Source of the DNA: Hyalangium minutum
GTDB lineage: Bacteria; Myxococcota; Myxococcia; Myxococcales; Myxococcaceae
Reading direction: 5' to 3'
NCBI RefSeq assembly: GCF_000737315.1
Contig: NZ_JMCB01000006.1
Location: 372,001-436,000 of the forward strand
DNA length: 64,000 nt
Part shown: positions 37,020 to 49,500 of the stretch, piece after piece
Numbering within the stretch: position 1 is the first letter of the stretch
How the letters are laid out: every line of letters starts with the position of its first letter
The notes under the pieces: generated by a model
Seen by the model: the letters and a program-made list of their open reading frames with translations, nothing else
Told to the model about the DNA's origin: nothing
The model's database searches: none
Program-made: the position numbers and the translations under genes

Positions 37020-38132
37020 GTGAAGGATCTGGAGGACATCCTCCGCGCCCGTGGCCGCATTCAGGGGCCGCTCGTGCTGGCCACGGTGGTGGCGGTGTCG
37101 GGCTCGGCCTACCGGAGGCCCGGGGCGCGCATGCTGATGCATGAGGAGGGCTGGCTTGCGGGAGGTGTGAGCGGCGGGTGCCTGGAGGGAGACATCATCC
37201 GCAAGGCCTTCTTCTGGACGGCCAGTGGCCCTCGTGTGCTGCGCTACGACTCCACCGGCGACAACGCCGAGGACGAGGGCGGCCTGTCCTTCGCGCTGGG
37301 CTGCAACGGCGTGGTGGACGTGCTGCTCGAGCGCTGGGAGCCCGGCCCGCTGGATCCGCTCGCCTTCGCGGACGAGGCGCGGCGGCAGTCGCGGCGCGCG
37401 GTGGTGGCGACGGTGTACGCGGGGCCGGCCAACGCGGTGGGCGCGAGGCTGTTGCTGCGAGACAACGGGGTGGAGGTGAGCAATCTCTCCGGCCCGCTGC
37501 GGGATGCGGTGCGCACGGCGGCGGGCGAGGCGCTCGAGGTGGGCCGCACCTGGAGCGGCCCGTGCGGCGGCGCGGACGTGCTGGTGGAGGTGGTGGATCC
37601 GCCCACGCCGGTGGTGCTGTTCGGCGGAGGCTTCGACGTCGCTCCTGTGGTGACGCAGGCGGCGGCCCTGGGCTGGCACGTCACCGTGGTGGCGGACAAG
37701 CCCATCGACACGCTGAGGCGTCGCTTCCCCAAGGCCCACGCTGTCGTGGCGGCCAAGGCGCGTGAGATTCAGGAGAAGGTGACGCTCTCCTCTCGCACGC
37801 TGGCGGTGGTGATGACGCACAGCCTGCCGCAGGACCGCGAGCTGCTGGCCCGGCTGCTGCCGCTGCCGCTGCGCTACCTGGGCGTGCTGGGGCCTCGCTC
37901 GCGGACGGATCGGCTGCTCTCGGAGCTGACGCCCGCGCCAACACCCGCGCAGTTGGAGAAACTGCACGCACCCATCGGACTGGACCTGGGCGGCGAGGGC
38001 CCGGACGAGGTGGCGCTCTCCATCGTGGCGGAGATGCGCGCGGTGCTGGCCGATCGCGAGGGCGGCAAGCTGCGCGACCGGCAGGCTCCCATCCACACGC
38101 TCGCGCCACCGATGGCGCGGAGGCTCGCGTGA
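37020..38132 (+). CDS. xdhC: XdhC/CoxI-family molybdoenzyme maturation factor
   Basis: LATVVAVSGSAYRRPGARM, GGVSGGCLE, LGCNG, VVMTH, YLGVLGPRSR and HAPIGLDLGGEGPDEVALSIVAE. Confidence 0.92.
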   Translation: MKDLEDILRARGRIQGPLVLATVVAVSGSAYRRPGARMLMHEEGWLAGGVSGGCLEGDIIRKAFFWTASGPRVLRYDSTGDNAEDEGGLSFALGCNGVVDVLLERWEPGPLDPLAFADEARRQSRRAVVATVYAGPANAVGARLLLRDNGVEVSNLSGPLRDAVRTAAGEALEVGRTWSGPCGGADVLVEVVDPPTPVVLFGGGFDVAPVVTQAAALGWHVTVVADKPIDTLRRRFPKAHAVVAAKAREIQEKVTLSSRTLAVVMTHSLPQDRELLARLLPLPLRYLGVLGPRSRTDRLLSELTPAPTPAQLEKLHAPIGLDLGGEGPDEVALSIVAEMRAVLADREGGKLRDRQAPIHTLAPPMARRLA

Positions 38133-38701
38133 GCGTGGGCGTGGTGCTGCTGGCTGCGGGGAGCTCCTCGCGGCTGGGGCGTCCCAAGCAGCTCCTGGTC
38201 CACGGCGGGAAGACGCTGGTGCGGCGCGCGGCCGAGGCTGCGGTAGGGGCTCAGTGCGGCCCAGTGGTGGTGGTGCTTGGGGCGCAGGCGCAGGCCGTGG
38301 CCTCGGAGCTGGCCGGGCTGCCCGTGCACACGGTGCACAACGCGGCCTGGGAGCAGGGCATGGGCGTCTCGCTGCGCGTGGGCGTGCGAGCGCTCGACCC
38401 GGCGGCAGAGGCCGCGCTGGTGATGCTGTGTGATCAGCTTCGCGTGGAGTCCGGGCACCTGCGCGCGCTCGTGGAGGCCTTTGGCCGGACAGGTTCCCCC
38501 ATCGTGGCCTCGGGCTACGAGAGCGCACGAGGAGTCCCCGCGCTGTTCTCCCGCGCGATCTTCCCCGAGCTAGAGGCGCTCGCACCGGACGAGGGTGCGC
38601 GTGGCGTCATTGCCCGCGATTCCTCCCGGGTGGTGGAGGTGGCGCTGGCGGGCGGTGGCGAGGACGTCGACACCACAGCGGATCTCTCCCGCCTCACTTG
38701 A
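38129..38701 (+). CDS. Molybdenum cofactor nucleotidyltransferase (MocA-like cytidylyltransferase)
   Basis: LLAAGSSSRLGRPKQLL, WEQGMGVSL, MLCDQ and DVDT. Overlaps xdhC by 4 nt. Confidence 0.88.
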   Translation: MSVGVVLLAAGSSSRLGRPKQLLVHGGKTLVRRAAEAAVGAQCGPVVVVLGAQAQAVASELAGLPVHTVHNAAWEQGMGVSLRVGVRALDPAAEAALVMLCDQLRVESGHLRALVEAFGRTGSPIVASGYESARGVPALFSRAIFPELEALAPDEGARGVIARDSSRVVEVALAGGGEDVDTTADLSRLT

Positions 38702-38788
38702 CGGCGTGGCTCCTGGGCCACAGCTCTGACAAGCCCTGAGTGATTCCCGTGGGTTACACGGGCACAGAGGACTGGTCCGAGGGCTGCA

Positions 38789-39541
38789 ATGCGTCCGGGC
38801 ATGCGCCTTTCTCTCCTCTCCCGAACCCCGCTCCTGTCTGCCCTCTCCCTCTTCGTGCTGCTCGCCGCTCTCCCGGCGCGAGCCGACCTGCCGCATGAGA
38901 CGATCTACCTGCCTCGCGCGGAGATCTCTGACGAAGCCCTCCGCAACGTCATCGGCATTGCCTTCATCACCACCATGACCGGTCCAGAGGAGGAGCCCAC
39001 GGGTGAGCTCATGAGCTACCGGCCCGAGGGCGACGCCTTCGAGCCGGACGGCACTCTGGTGATCCAGGAACTGCGTGCCATCAGCGGCTGGGAGTACGAC
39101 CTTCAGTCGCTCCGCAAGCTCCCGGTGGTCGAGCGGCGCGGGCACTACCTCCACGTGGTCATCGACGCGCACACCAACGAGCGCACGTGGATCAGCGAGA
39201 TCCAGGAGTCCGAGACGGGCCCCGACGTCGAGTTCCTTGCGTTCGACTCGAAGCAGTGGGCGTGGAGCGGCATCGACCTCTACTCCCTGGCGCCTCAGGG
39301 ACAGACCCGCCTCCACCTGGCGCCGCGGCCCGATGCCCGCTCCTATCAACTCTCGCCGGCCTATCCTCCGCGCCGGAACGGCCAGAGCGTGGACGCGCGC
39401 ATCCTCCAGATTCGCGGCAACTTCCTGCAGCTCGGGGACATGGTCGACCTGGATCAGCCCTTGGTGCCGCTGGGCTGGGTGCCCCTCACCGACGAGAACG
39501 GCGTGCTCCTCATCTGGCCGGTGTTCGCGCCCATGTGCTGA
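38789..39541 (+). CDS. Hypothetical exported protein
   Basis: Signal peptide ending ALPARA and host-like codons. No family recognised. Confidence 0.7.
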   Translation: MRPGMRLSLLSRTPLLSALSLFVLLAALPARADLPHETIYLPRAEISDEALRNVIGIAFITTMTGPEEEPTGELMSYRPEGDAFEPDGTLVIQELRAISGWEYDLQSLRKLPVVERRGHYLHVVIDAHTNERTWISEIQESETGPDVEFLAFDSKQWAWSGIDLYSLAPQGQTRLHLAPRPDARSYQLSPAYPPRRNGQSVDARILQIRGNFLQLGDMVDLDQPLVPLGWVPLTDENGVLLIWPVFAPMC

Positions 39542-39570
39542 GACAGCACAGGGCGCTCACGGGACAGGGG

Positions 39571-41124
39571 CTACGGCCGGCAGGTCCTGGGGCTCTCCCT
39601 GCAGGTGAGGCCCGGCGCACAGTCATCGTTGCTCTTGCACGAGATGCCCTCTGAGCAGTCTCGTGCCACTCCGCCAGACATGCCGCTGATCTTGAGGATG
39701 TCATAGATCTGGTTCTGAGGCGTGCCAACGATGATTTGGTTTCCTCTCATGCCCTCAGCTACGTGCACCAGACTGATCGTGTGCGCTCCATCATAAGACG
39801 CCTCGACCTGAAGGGAGCCTGCCCACTGGATGGCGGTGTAGATCGCATTGGCGACATCAAAGCTGGTCATGCCGTTATTGATTGGAATGGCCTTGAATCC
39901 CTCGGTCACATCATCAGTATTCGGCTTGTCGAACTCGAAGCCCCTGGGAAGATTTTTGCCGTCGCTGATGGTGAACTTCCATTCATCCTTGATGAGCTTT
40001 CCAACCTTCTCACCGTCAGGCTCCTCCGCCATCACTTCGATGGATCCTCGGGCTTTCTGAATGGGTTGAACTTTCGTGCATGTGGCATTGCAGGTGCCGC
40101 ATGCGTCTCTGTTACCGTCATCGCAGACCTCACCCGGGTTCAGTTCCCCGTCTCCGCAGAGGTCACGCTTGCAGTTGGGGAGGCATCCATCCCGGTCCTG
40201 CGGGTTGTTGTAGTCACACTCTTCGTGTGCGGCCGCGTTGGTGTACCTATCACCGCAGTAGGAGACTTTGCATTCTCTGGTGCAGAAACTGTTCTCTCCG
40301 CCGCCCAAGTCGCACTGCTCACCAGCGGCTGCGTTGACGATCCCATCACCACATTGAGAAAGAGTGCAGTTGTAGTTGCACCCGACCGGATCGACTCCGG
40401 GGTCACACTGCTCTGTACTGTCGGGGGCCCGGTTCACGACCCCGTCTCCGCACCGCGCCAGCTTGCAGCTCGACGACAGACAATGGTCCTCGTTGTTGGA
40501 AGGCCCATCGTCGCACTCTTCTCCCTCGTCCCTCACTCCGTTGCCGCAGGTCTCGACAGAGAGACAGTCGGCACTGCACTGATCGCCATTCAGGTTGTTG
40601 CCGTCATCGCATACCTCACCCTTAACGAGGTCCTTAATTCTATTGCCGCAACTCTCATCGGACTTGCAATCCGCGCTGCAGCCATCTCCAGAGAGCGTGT
40701 TGCGATCGTCGCAGGCCTCGTCTTGGTCGATGATGCCGTTTCCACACTCTTCATCGGACTTGCAGTCAGCGCTGCATCCATCGCCAGGCTCGGCGTCGCC
40801 AAAGTCGCAGACCTCGTCCTTGATCTCATCAACGATGCCGTTCCCACATGTCTCGTCGGACCTGCAGTCCGAGCTGCACCCATCGCCGTTGATCTTGTTC
40901 CCATCATCGCAGGCTTCTCCCGCCTGCCGTACGCTGTCACCGCAGGAATCGGAGAGGCAGGATCGGCCATCCGCGGAGCACGTCATCCGCGAGGGGCAGA
41001 CGAGGCCGGAAGAGCAGGTGATGGTCCCGGACTCGTAGCAAGCCGAGAGAGTCAACGCCGTCAGCGCCAGCATGAACCGGACGCCGTGGACACAAAGAGT
41101 CCAACTGGGGGTCATTCGCTTCAT
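39571..41124 (-). CDS. Lipoprotein with about 9 Myxococcus Cys-rich repeats (DUF4215-like)
   Basis: Lipobox LSAC. Repeats CG[DN]G...E.CDDGN...GDGC..DC. Noticeably lower GC than the neighbouring kinase. Confidence 0.88.
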   Translation of the reverse strand: MKRMTPSWTLCVHGVRFMLALTALTLSACYESGTITCSSGLVCPSRMTCSADGRSCLSDSCGDSVRQAGEACDDGNKINGDGCSSDCRSDETCGNGIVDEIKDEVCDFGDAEPGDGCSADCKSDEECGNGIIDQDEACDDRNTLSGDGCSADCKSDESCGNRIKDLVKGEVCDDGNNLNGDQCSADCLSVETCGNGVRDEGEECDDGPSNNEDHCLSSSCKLARCGDGVVNRAPDSTEQCDPGVDPVGCNYNCTLSQCGDGIVNAAAGEQCDLGGGENSFCTRECKVSYCGDRYTNAAAHEECDYNNPQDRDGCLPNCKRDLCGDGELNPGEVCDDGNRDACGTCNATCTKVQPIQKARGSIEVMAEEPDGEKVGKLIKDEWKFTISDGKNLPRGFEFDKPNTDDVTEGFKAIPINNGMTSFDVANAIYTAIQWAGSLQVEASYDGAHTISLVHVAEGMRGNQIIVGTPQNQIYDILKISGMSGGVARDCSEGISCKSNDDCAPGLTCRESPRTCRP

Positions 41125-41132
41125 GGGGCACC

Positions 41133-42133
41133 TCAGAATTGAGTTGATGCCTGGACACCGGTCTGGCCGCCGCCCACCACGGGCGTGACAGTCAATTCGT
41201 TGTCACCCAGGGGAACGGGATGAAGCTTGGGCTGGAGCCGGTTCACATAGAGGAGCGCCACCCCCGTAAAGACCGCCGCTCCTCCCACCGCGTACGAGAC
41301 CGCCGCCACCCGTTGCAGCGTCTTCGCTCGGGGGCGCGCGTCTACGACCTGCGGGTCGGGCGGCATCCATCCCCCCAGCTCGTCGACCCGCGCATCGAAG
41401 GCCCGGAGATCATCGCGGGCCTTCATGTGGATCAGCCGCCCGCCCACGGCCAGCGCCGCGCCTGCTCCCATCACCGCCCAAGGCTTCCATGCAGCCCACC
41501 GGCGCTGCTCCTCGATTTCCAGCCGGTAGCCCAGCTTCTGCCCGGGCTCCACATCAAGCTTCAGGTCCGGGAGCTGGTAACCATCGTGGGTGGCGCTCAG
41601 CAGGTAGGGCCCGGGCCGAAGCAGCCGCTCAAACCGCTGGCACGAGACGGGCAGGTGCTGAATCTCGGACTTAAGCGTCACCGAGGTATCCGTCCGGCAC
41701 AGGAGCGTCATCCGCGCGTAGTCGTGCTCCATGCGCTCGATGTACTTCTGGGCGTGCTGATACCGGTCTGGACCGAGCGGCGCCTGCCCATGAGCAATGG
41801 ACACGTTCATGAGCGCATAGACCTCGTCGGGCTTGTCGAGGTTCATCATGGCCAGCGCCAGATTGTAGGAGGTGGCTGGATGATCCCAGTGCTGAAGCGA
41901 CTCGCGGTACTTCTTCGCCGCCTCGATGAAGAGCGACTCCTTCAGCATCGTATTGCCCTGCTCGAACGGCCCGACCGCCGCCTGCTGCTGCTCCAGGGAG
42001 ACGTTCTTCGCCCAGGCCGGCTCACGCGTCAGCGAGGGCACCGGTCCCGGCTGCTGCGCCGTGGCAGGCAGGGCGCTCAGCAGGAGCGCCAGGGCTATCC
42101 CCAGACAGTGTGTGTTCCCGCCCATACACGTCT

Positions 42134-42137
<4 letters not shown>
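41133..42137 (-). CDS. Exported TPR / PEGA-like protein
   Basis: Signal peptide, TPR-like FEQGN...AAKKYRESL..YNLALA and hydrophobic C-terminal segments ending in Phe. Confidence 0.75.
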
Positions 42138-45049
<2,912 letters not shown>

Positions 45050-45112
45050 GTCTGGCTTTGGCCTTTGAGTCGGTGGTCGTGGATCAACAGGGTGGATGCA
45101 TGAATCCGAGAG

Positions 45113-45153
45113 TCCTCGGGCCCCCGCCCGGAAATCCTCGGGCCCTCCCGCCC
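45113..45153. promoter_or_regulatory. Direct repeat TCCTCGGGCCC with 22-bp period upstream of the kinase operon
   Basis: Copies start at 45113 and 45135, each followed by C(T)CCGCCC. Located in the divergent region between the kinase and the LuxR-type regulator. Confidence 0.45.
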
Positions 45154-45426
45154 TCCGCTCGCCCAGCGCCCCCCGCCCCCGCCCTCAACCCTCACATCTC
45201 CTGGGATGATCAGGAGATGGGCCAAGTCGATCTATTCACCCTTAGTGGTAGCGGAAGGGGAGCGAGGACTCAGACAAGCGCTCTGTTCTCGGGTGGTCGC
45301 TCGCTCCCTGCGCATGGCTCACTGACCAACAACGCTGAGTACGACCCGGCAGGAGCGCCTCTGGAACGAGCCTGCCCCTCCCGGCACGAGTGAGTGCAGC
45401 TAAGGGACTGGCACGATTGACTTGGA

Positions 45427-46716
45427 GTGCGTCTTGGGACGTTATCGCCGTGGAATCAACATCTGTGCCCGTTCTCCAGGCCTCTCTTCAGGTGTCCCTT
45501 GCCTCGCGACGATTCTCCCCGTGCACCGCTCCAGGGCCCCATTTCGAGGGGATTCCTCCCCGGTAGCAAACTCTTCCAGCGGCGTGACTTCGTCCGCGAG
45601 CGTTTCGGGGAGCCGGCTTGGGACGCGGTCCTCACGCTCCTGTCCATCGAGGATCGCGATCAGCTCGGCTCGGCGGATCCTGGAGCCTGGTACGACATCC
45701 ACTTGATGGTGCGGCTCGTTGACGCAATGTGTCAAAAGCTCAGGTTGGATGAGGCGCTGCTGATGGAGATGGGCCGCTTCGATGCGGACCGGGAGCTGTC
45801 CACCGTGTACCGGTGGTTCCTGCGGTTGATCCGCCCCTCGTTCGCCATCCGCCACATGAACCTGTACTGGCGCCGGTCGCACGACACGGGCACGTGGCGC
45901 TCGTGGCGCACCGGCAACGAAGTCACTGCCGAGCTGAAAGACTGGGCCGCCATCAACCGCGCCATGTGCACCACGCTCGGCGGGTACCTGGGGCGCACGC
46001 TCGAGCTGTTCGGTGGGAAGGTGGGGCCCATCGAGCACACCGAGTGCCGCGCTGATGGCCATGCCTGCTGCATCTTCCGGACGCACGTGGAGCTGCCCGC
46101 GGACGAGCCCCGGTCCGGGCGCCGGCCCACGCGGGCAGATGTGTCCTCCCTGGCGCGCGAGCTGGCGCAGTACCCCAACCGCGAGGCGCTCGCCGAAGCG
46201 CTGGTGTCGTTGCTGCGCTTCCAGTTCGGCTGCTCCTTCGTGGAGCTGTGGGTCACTGGCATGGAGGAGCGGATGCAGCTCATGGGCATCTCGGGCGAGC
46301 GCGGCCCCGGAGAGCCGCGCCGCTTCGTGCTCGAGATGGCGGGCCGCACCGTGGGACGGCTCGAGGTGGAGCTGCCGCGCGGCCCTGGGCAGTGGGGCAT
46401 GGACGAGGTGCTCACCGAGCTGGTGCCGTGGGTGGCCATCGCGCTGGAGACTGCGGGCGCGGCCCGCGGCGAGCCCAAGGAAATCGAGGAGACGGAGCTG
46501 GCCCGCCGGCTGCGGCGCGCCCGGGAGATTGGCCAGCTCACGCCCCGCCAGATCGAGGTGCTGGAGCTGGTGGCCCGGGGCAAGACGAACAAGGAGATCG
46601 CCTCGGTACTCGGGCGAAGCGAGGGCACCGTGGAGGTCCACGTCACCAACCTGCTGCGCAAGTACGGAGCCAGCAACCGCGCGGGGCTCGTGGCCATGTT
46701 CTGGGGTGAGCTGTAG
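45427..46716 (+). CDS. LuxR-family HTH regulator with N-terminal V4R/H-NOX-like sensor domain (start uncertain)
   Basis: C-terminal LTPRQIEVLELVARGKTNKEIA..TVEVHVTNLLRK. V4R-like HTECRADGHACCIF. Confidence 0.82.
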   Translation: MRLGTLSPWNQHLCPFSRPLFRCPLPRDDSPRAPLQGPISRGFLPGSKLFQRRDFVRERFGEPAWDAVLTLLSIEDRDQLGSADPGAWYDIHLMVRLVDAMCQKLRLDEALLMEMGRFDADRELSTVYRWFLRLIRPSFAIRHMNLYWRRSHDTGTWRSWRTGNEVTAELKDWAAINRAMCTTLGGYLGRTLELFGGKVGPIEHTECRADGHACCIFRTHVELPADEPRSGRRPTRADVSSLARELAQYPNREALAEALVSLLRFQFGCSFVELWVTGMEERMQLMGISGERGPGEPRRFVLEMAGRTVGRLEVELPRGPGQWGMDEVLTELVPWVAIALETAGAARGEPKEIEETELARRLRRAREIGQLTPRQIEVLELVARGKTNKEIASVLGRSEGTVEVHVTNLLRKYGASNRAGLVAMFWGEL

Positions 46717-46767
46717 CGTCCTTCCCGAGGAAGACGTGCCTGCTCGGGGCGGCTAGCCTCCCCAGCC

Positions 46768-48489
46768 GTGAAAAACCTGCGCGTCCTCCTCTCTTGGGTC
46801 CTCGCCAGCTGTGGGCTGCTGCTCGCCGCCTGTGCCTCCACCCCGGCGGCTCCAGCCTCGCAGGGCCCCACGTATGACGTCATCCTCCGCGGGGGCACCG
46901 TCTATGACGGCAGCGGCGGTGCACCCTTCGTGGCCGACGTGGCCATTCAGGGAGACACGCTCGCCGCCCTAGGAGATCTCAAGGAGGCGCGAGGGCGGCT
47001 CGAAGTGGATGCCCAGGGCCTCGCCGTGGCTCCCGGCTTCATCAACATGCTGAGCTGGGCCACGGAGTCGCTGCTGGTGGATGGGCGCTCGCAGAGCGAG
47101 CTGCGCCAGGGCGTCACGCTGGAGATCTTCGGCGAGGGCTCCTCCATGGGGCCCCTGAACCCGGCGATGCGCGCGGAGATGATCGAGCAGCAGGGAGACC
47201 TCAAGTTCGAGGTGCCATGGACGACGCTCGGCGAGTACCTGGAGCACCTGGAGCGGCGCGGCGTCGCCCCGAATGTGGCCTCGTTCGTGGGCGCTACCAC
47301 CGTGCGCGTGCACGAGCTGGGCTATGCCGACCGCGCCCCCACCCCCGAGGAGCTGGAGCGGATGCGCGCCCTGGTGCGCCAGGGCATGGAGGAGGGAGCA
47401 CTCGGTGTCGGCGCGTCGCTCATCTACGCGCCCGCCGCGTATGCGAAGACGGACGAGCTGATCGCCCTGGCCCGCGTCGCCTCCGAGTATGGGGGCATCT
47501 ACATCGCCCACATGCGCAGCGAGGGAGACCGGCTGCTGGAGGCCATCGACGAGACGATCACCATCGGGCGCGAGGCCGGGCTGCCGGTGGAGATCTACCA
47601 CCTGAAGGCCGCGGGAAGAGCCAACTGGGGCAAGCTGGATCAGGCCCTGGCCCGCATCGAGCAGGCGCGGCAGAGCGGCCTGCGGGTGACGGCGGACATG
47701 TACCCATACACGGCCGGCGCCACAGGGCTGGATGCCTCGATGCCACCGTGGGTGCAAGAGGGCGGGCAAAAGGCCTGGGAGGAGCGGCTGAAGGACCCAG
47801 CCGTCCGCCAACGCGTGCTGAAGGAGATGACCACGCCCGGTGGGAACTGGGAGAACCTCTTCCTGGCCGCTGGCTCGCCGGAGAACATCCTGCTGATCGG
47901 CTTCAAGAACCCGGCGCTCAAACCGCTGACCGGCAAGACGCTGGCGCAGGTGGCCGCGCTGCGCGGCAAGTCCCCCGAGGAGACGGCGATCGACCTCGTC
48001 ATCGAGGACGGCAGCCGCGTGTCCACCGTGTACTTCCTCATGTCCGAGGAGAACGTGCGCAAGCAGCTCGCGCTGCCGTACATGAGCATCTGCTCGGACG
48101 TGGAGTCCGTGGCCGCCGAGGGCGTGTTCCTCAAGTCCAGCACCCACCCGCGTGCCTACGGCAGCTTCGCGAAGGTGCTCGGGCACTACGCCCGGGACGA
48201 GAAGGTGCTCTCGCTCCCGGAGGCCGTGCGCCGGTTGACTTCACTGCCCGCCGAGAACCTGCGGCTGGACCGGCGCGGGCGTCTGAAGCCTGGCCACTTC
48301 GCCGATGTCGTCGTCTTCGACGCGGCGAAGATCCAGGACCACGCCACCTACGACAAGCCGCACCAGTACGCCACGGGCGTGCACCACGTCTTCGTCAACG
48401 GGGTGCAGGTGCTCCGGGAGGGGGAGCCCACGGGCGCCACGCCCGGCCGCGTCGTCCGAGGCCCAGGTTGGAAGGGCGCCCGGAAGTAG
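46768..48489 (+). CDS. Lipoprotein N-acyl-D-amino-acid deacylase (D-aminoacylase) family amidohydrolase
   Basis: Lipobox LAAC, LRGGTVYDGSG, APGFINM, HMRSEG, HPRAYGSF and GHFADVVVFD. Confidence 0.9.
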   Translation: MKNLRVLLSWVLASCGLLLAACASTPAAPASQGPTYDVILRGGTVYDGSGGAPFVADVAIQGDTLAALGDLKEARGRLEVDAQGLAVAPGFINMLSWATESLLVDGRSQSELRQGVTLEIFGEGSSMGPLNPAMRAEMIEQQGDLKFEVPWTTLGEYLEHLERRGVAPNVASFVGATTVRVHELGYADRAPTPEELERMRALVRQGMEEGALGVGASLIYAPAAYAKTDELIALARVASEYGGIYIAHMRSEGDRLLEAIDETITIGREAGLPVEIYHLKAAGRANWGKLDQALARIEQARQSGLRVTADMYPYTAGATGLDASMPPWVQEGGQKAWEERLKDPAVRQRVLKEMTTPGGNWENLFLAAGSPENILLIGFKNPALKPLTGKTLAQVAALRGKSPEETAIDLVIEDGSRVSTVYFLMSEENVRKQLALPYMSICSDVESVAAEGVFLKSSTHPRAYGSFAKVLGHYARDEKVLSLPEAVRRLTSLPAENLRLDRRGRLKPGHFADVVVFDAAKIQDHATYDKPHQYATGVHHVFVNGVQVLREGEPTGATPGRVVRGPGWKGARK

Positions 48490-48518
48490 GCGCTCCCTCT
48501 CACCCGCTCGCCGCGGTG

Positions 48519-48725
48519 CTACCCGCTGGGCATCAGGATGCGGGACTTCTTGGCCGTACCCTTCTTGCCCGCCGGCATCAGGATGCGGGACTTCTTGCCT
48601 GCCGCCTTCTTCGCAGTGGACTTCTTGGCTGCGGACTTCTTGCCCGCCGCCTTCTTCGCGGGAGCCTTCTTCGCCGTCGACTTCTTCCCTGCCGCCTTCT
48701 TCGCCGTCTTCTTTCGAGTCGCCAT
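48519..48725 (-). CDS. Small Lys/Ala-rich histone H1-like protein, 68 aa
   Basis: MATRKKTAKKAAGKK... built from AKK pentads, ending in a duplicated KKSRILMP motif. Confidence 0.7.
   Translation of the reverse strand: MATRKKTAKKAAGKKSTAKKAPAKKAAGKKSAAKKSTAKKAAGKKSRILMPAGKKGTAKKSRILMPSG
48529..48597. repeat. Exact 24-nt direct repeat (45-nt period) encoding KKSRILMP twice
   Basis: GGCATCAGGATGCGGGACTTCTTG at 48529-48552 and 48574-48597. Confidence 0.85.
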
Positions 48726-48768
48726 GGTGACGGTGATGTTAGCGCAGATCGCGAAGCGGTGCGCAGCC

Positions 48769-49479
48769 TCACCCTGAAGGACGGCGGTGCTCCACGCCCT
48801 TCGGGCCCGCGATGATCAGCTCGGAGGTGATGCCGATGAACAGCCCGTGCTCCACGACACCGGCCCGCGCCTCCAGCTTCGCGGCCAGCTCGGCCGGACG
48901 GGCGATGGGGCCGAAGGCACAGTCGAGAATGAAGTTGCCCTGATCCGTCCTGTAGGGCGCTCCGTCATGGGCCTCGCGCCGGACGACCCGCGCGCCGAGC
49001 CCTTCCAAGTAGAGCGCCTGGGAGTTCCAGCCAAAGGGCAGCACCTCCACCGGCACGGGCCACCGTGTCCCGAGCTGGGGCGACAGCTTGCTCTCGTCCA
49101 CGACGATGATCTCCCGCTGGCTCGCCTGAGCGACGATCTTCTCCCGCAGCAGCGCTCCCCCCCCGCCTTTGATGAGGTTCAGGGCCGGGTCCACCTCGTC
49201 CGCGCCGTCGATGGTGAGCGCCAGGAACGGGTGCTCCTCCAGGGTCGTCAGCGGCACCCCGAGCGAGCGCGCCAGGGACTCGGTCTCCAGCGACGTGGGC
49301 ACTCCCACCACGTCCTTCAGCTTCCCCTCCCCGAGCAGCGCCGCCAGCCGGTGCACCACGAGCGCCGAGGTACTCCCCGAGCCGAGCCCCACCACCGTGC
49401 CAGACTGGATGAGCTCCACGGCGCGCTCGGCGGCCATCCGCTTGTAGCGGCTGGCCTCACTCTCCTGGAGAAGGGACAT
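48769..49479 (-). CDS. rpiA: Ribose-5-phosphate isomerase A
   Basis: GLGSGST, IDGADEVD, LIKGGGGALLREKIVA and TDQGNFILD. Confidence 0.96.
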   Translation of the reverse strand: MSLLQESEASRYKRMAAERAVELIQSGTVVGLGSGSTSALVVHRLAALLGEGKLKDVVGVPTSLETESLARSLGVPLTTLEEHPFLALTIDGADEVDPALNLIKGGGGALLREKIVAQASQREIIVVDESKLSPQLGTRWPVPVEVLPFGWNSQALYLEGLGARVVRREAHDGAPYRTDQGNFILDCAFGPIARPAELAAKLEARAGVVEHGLFIGITSELIIAGPKGVEHRRPSG

Positions 49480-49500
49480 GGCGGACGGCCTCCTGGGGCC

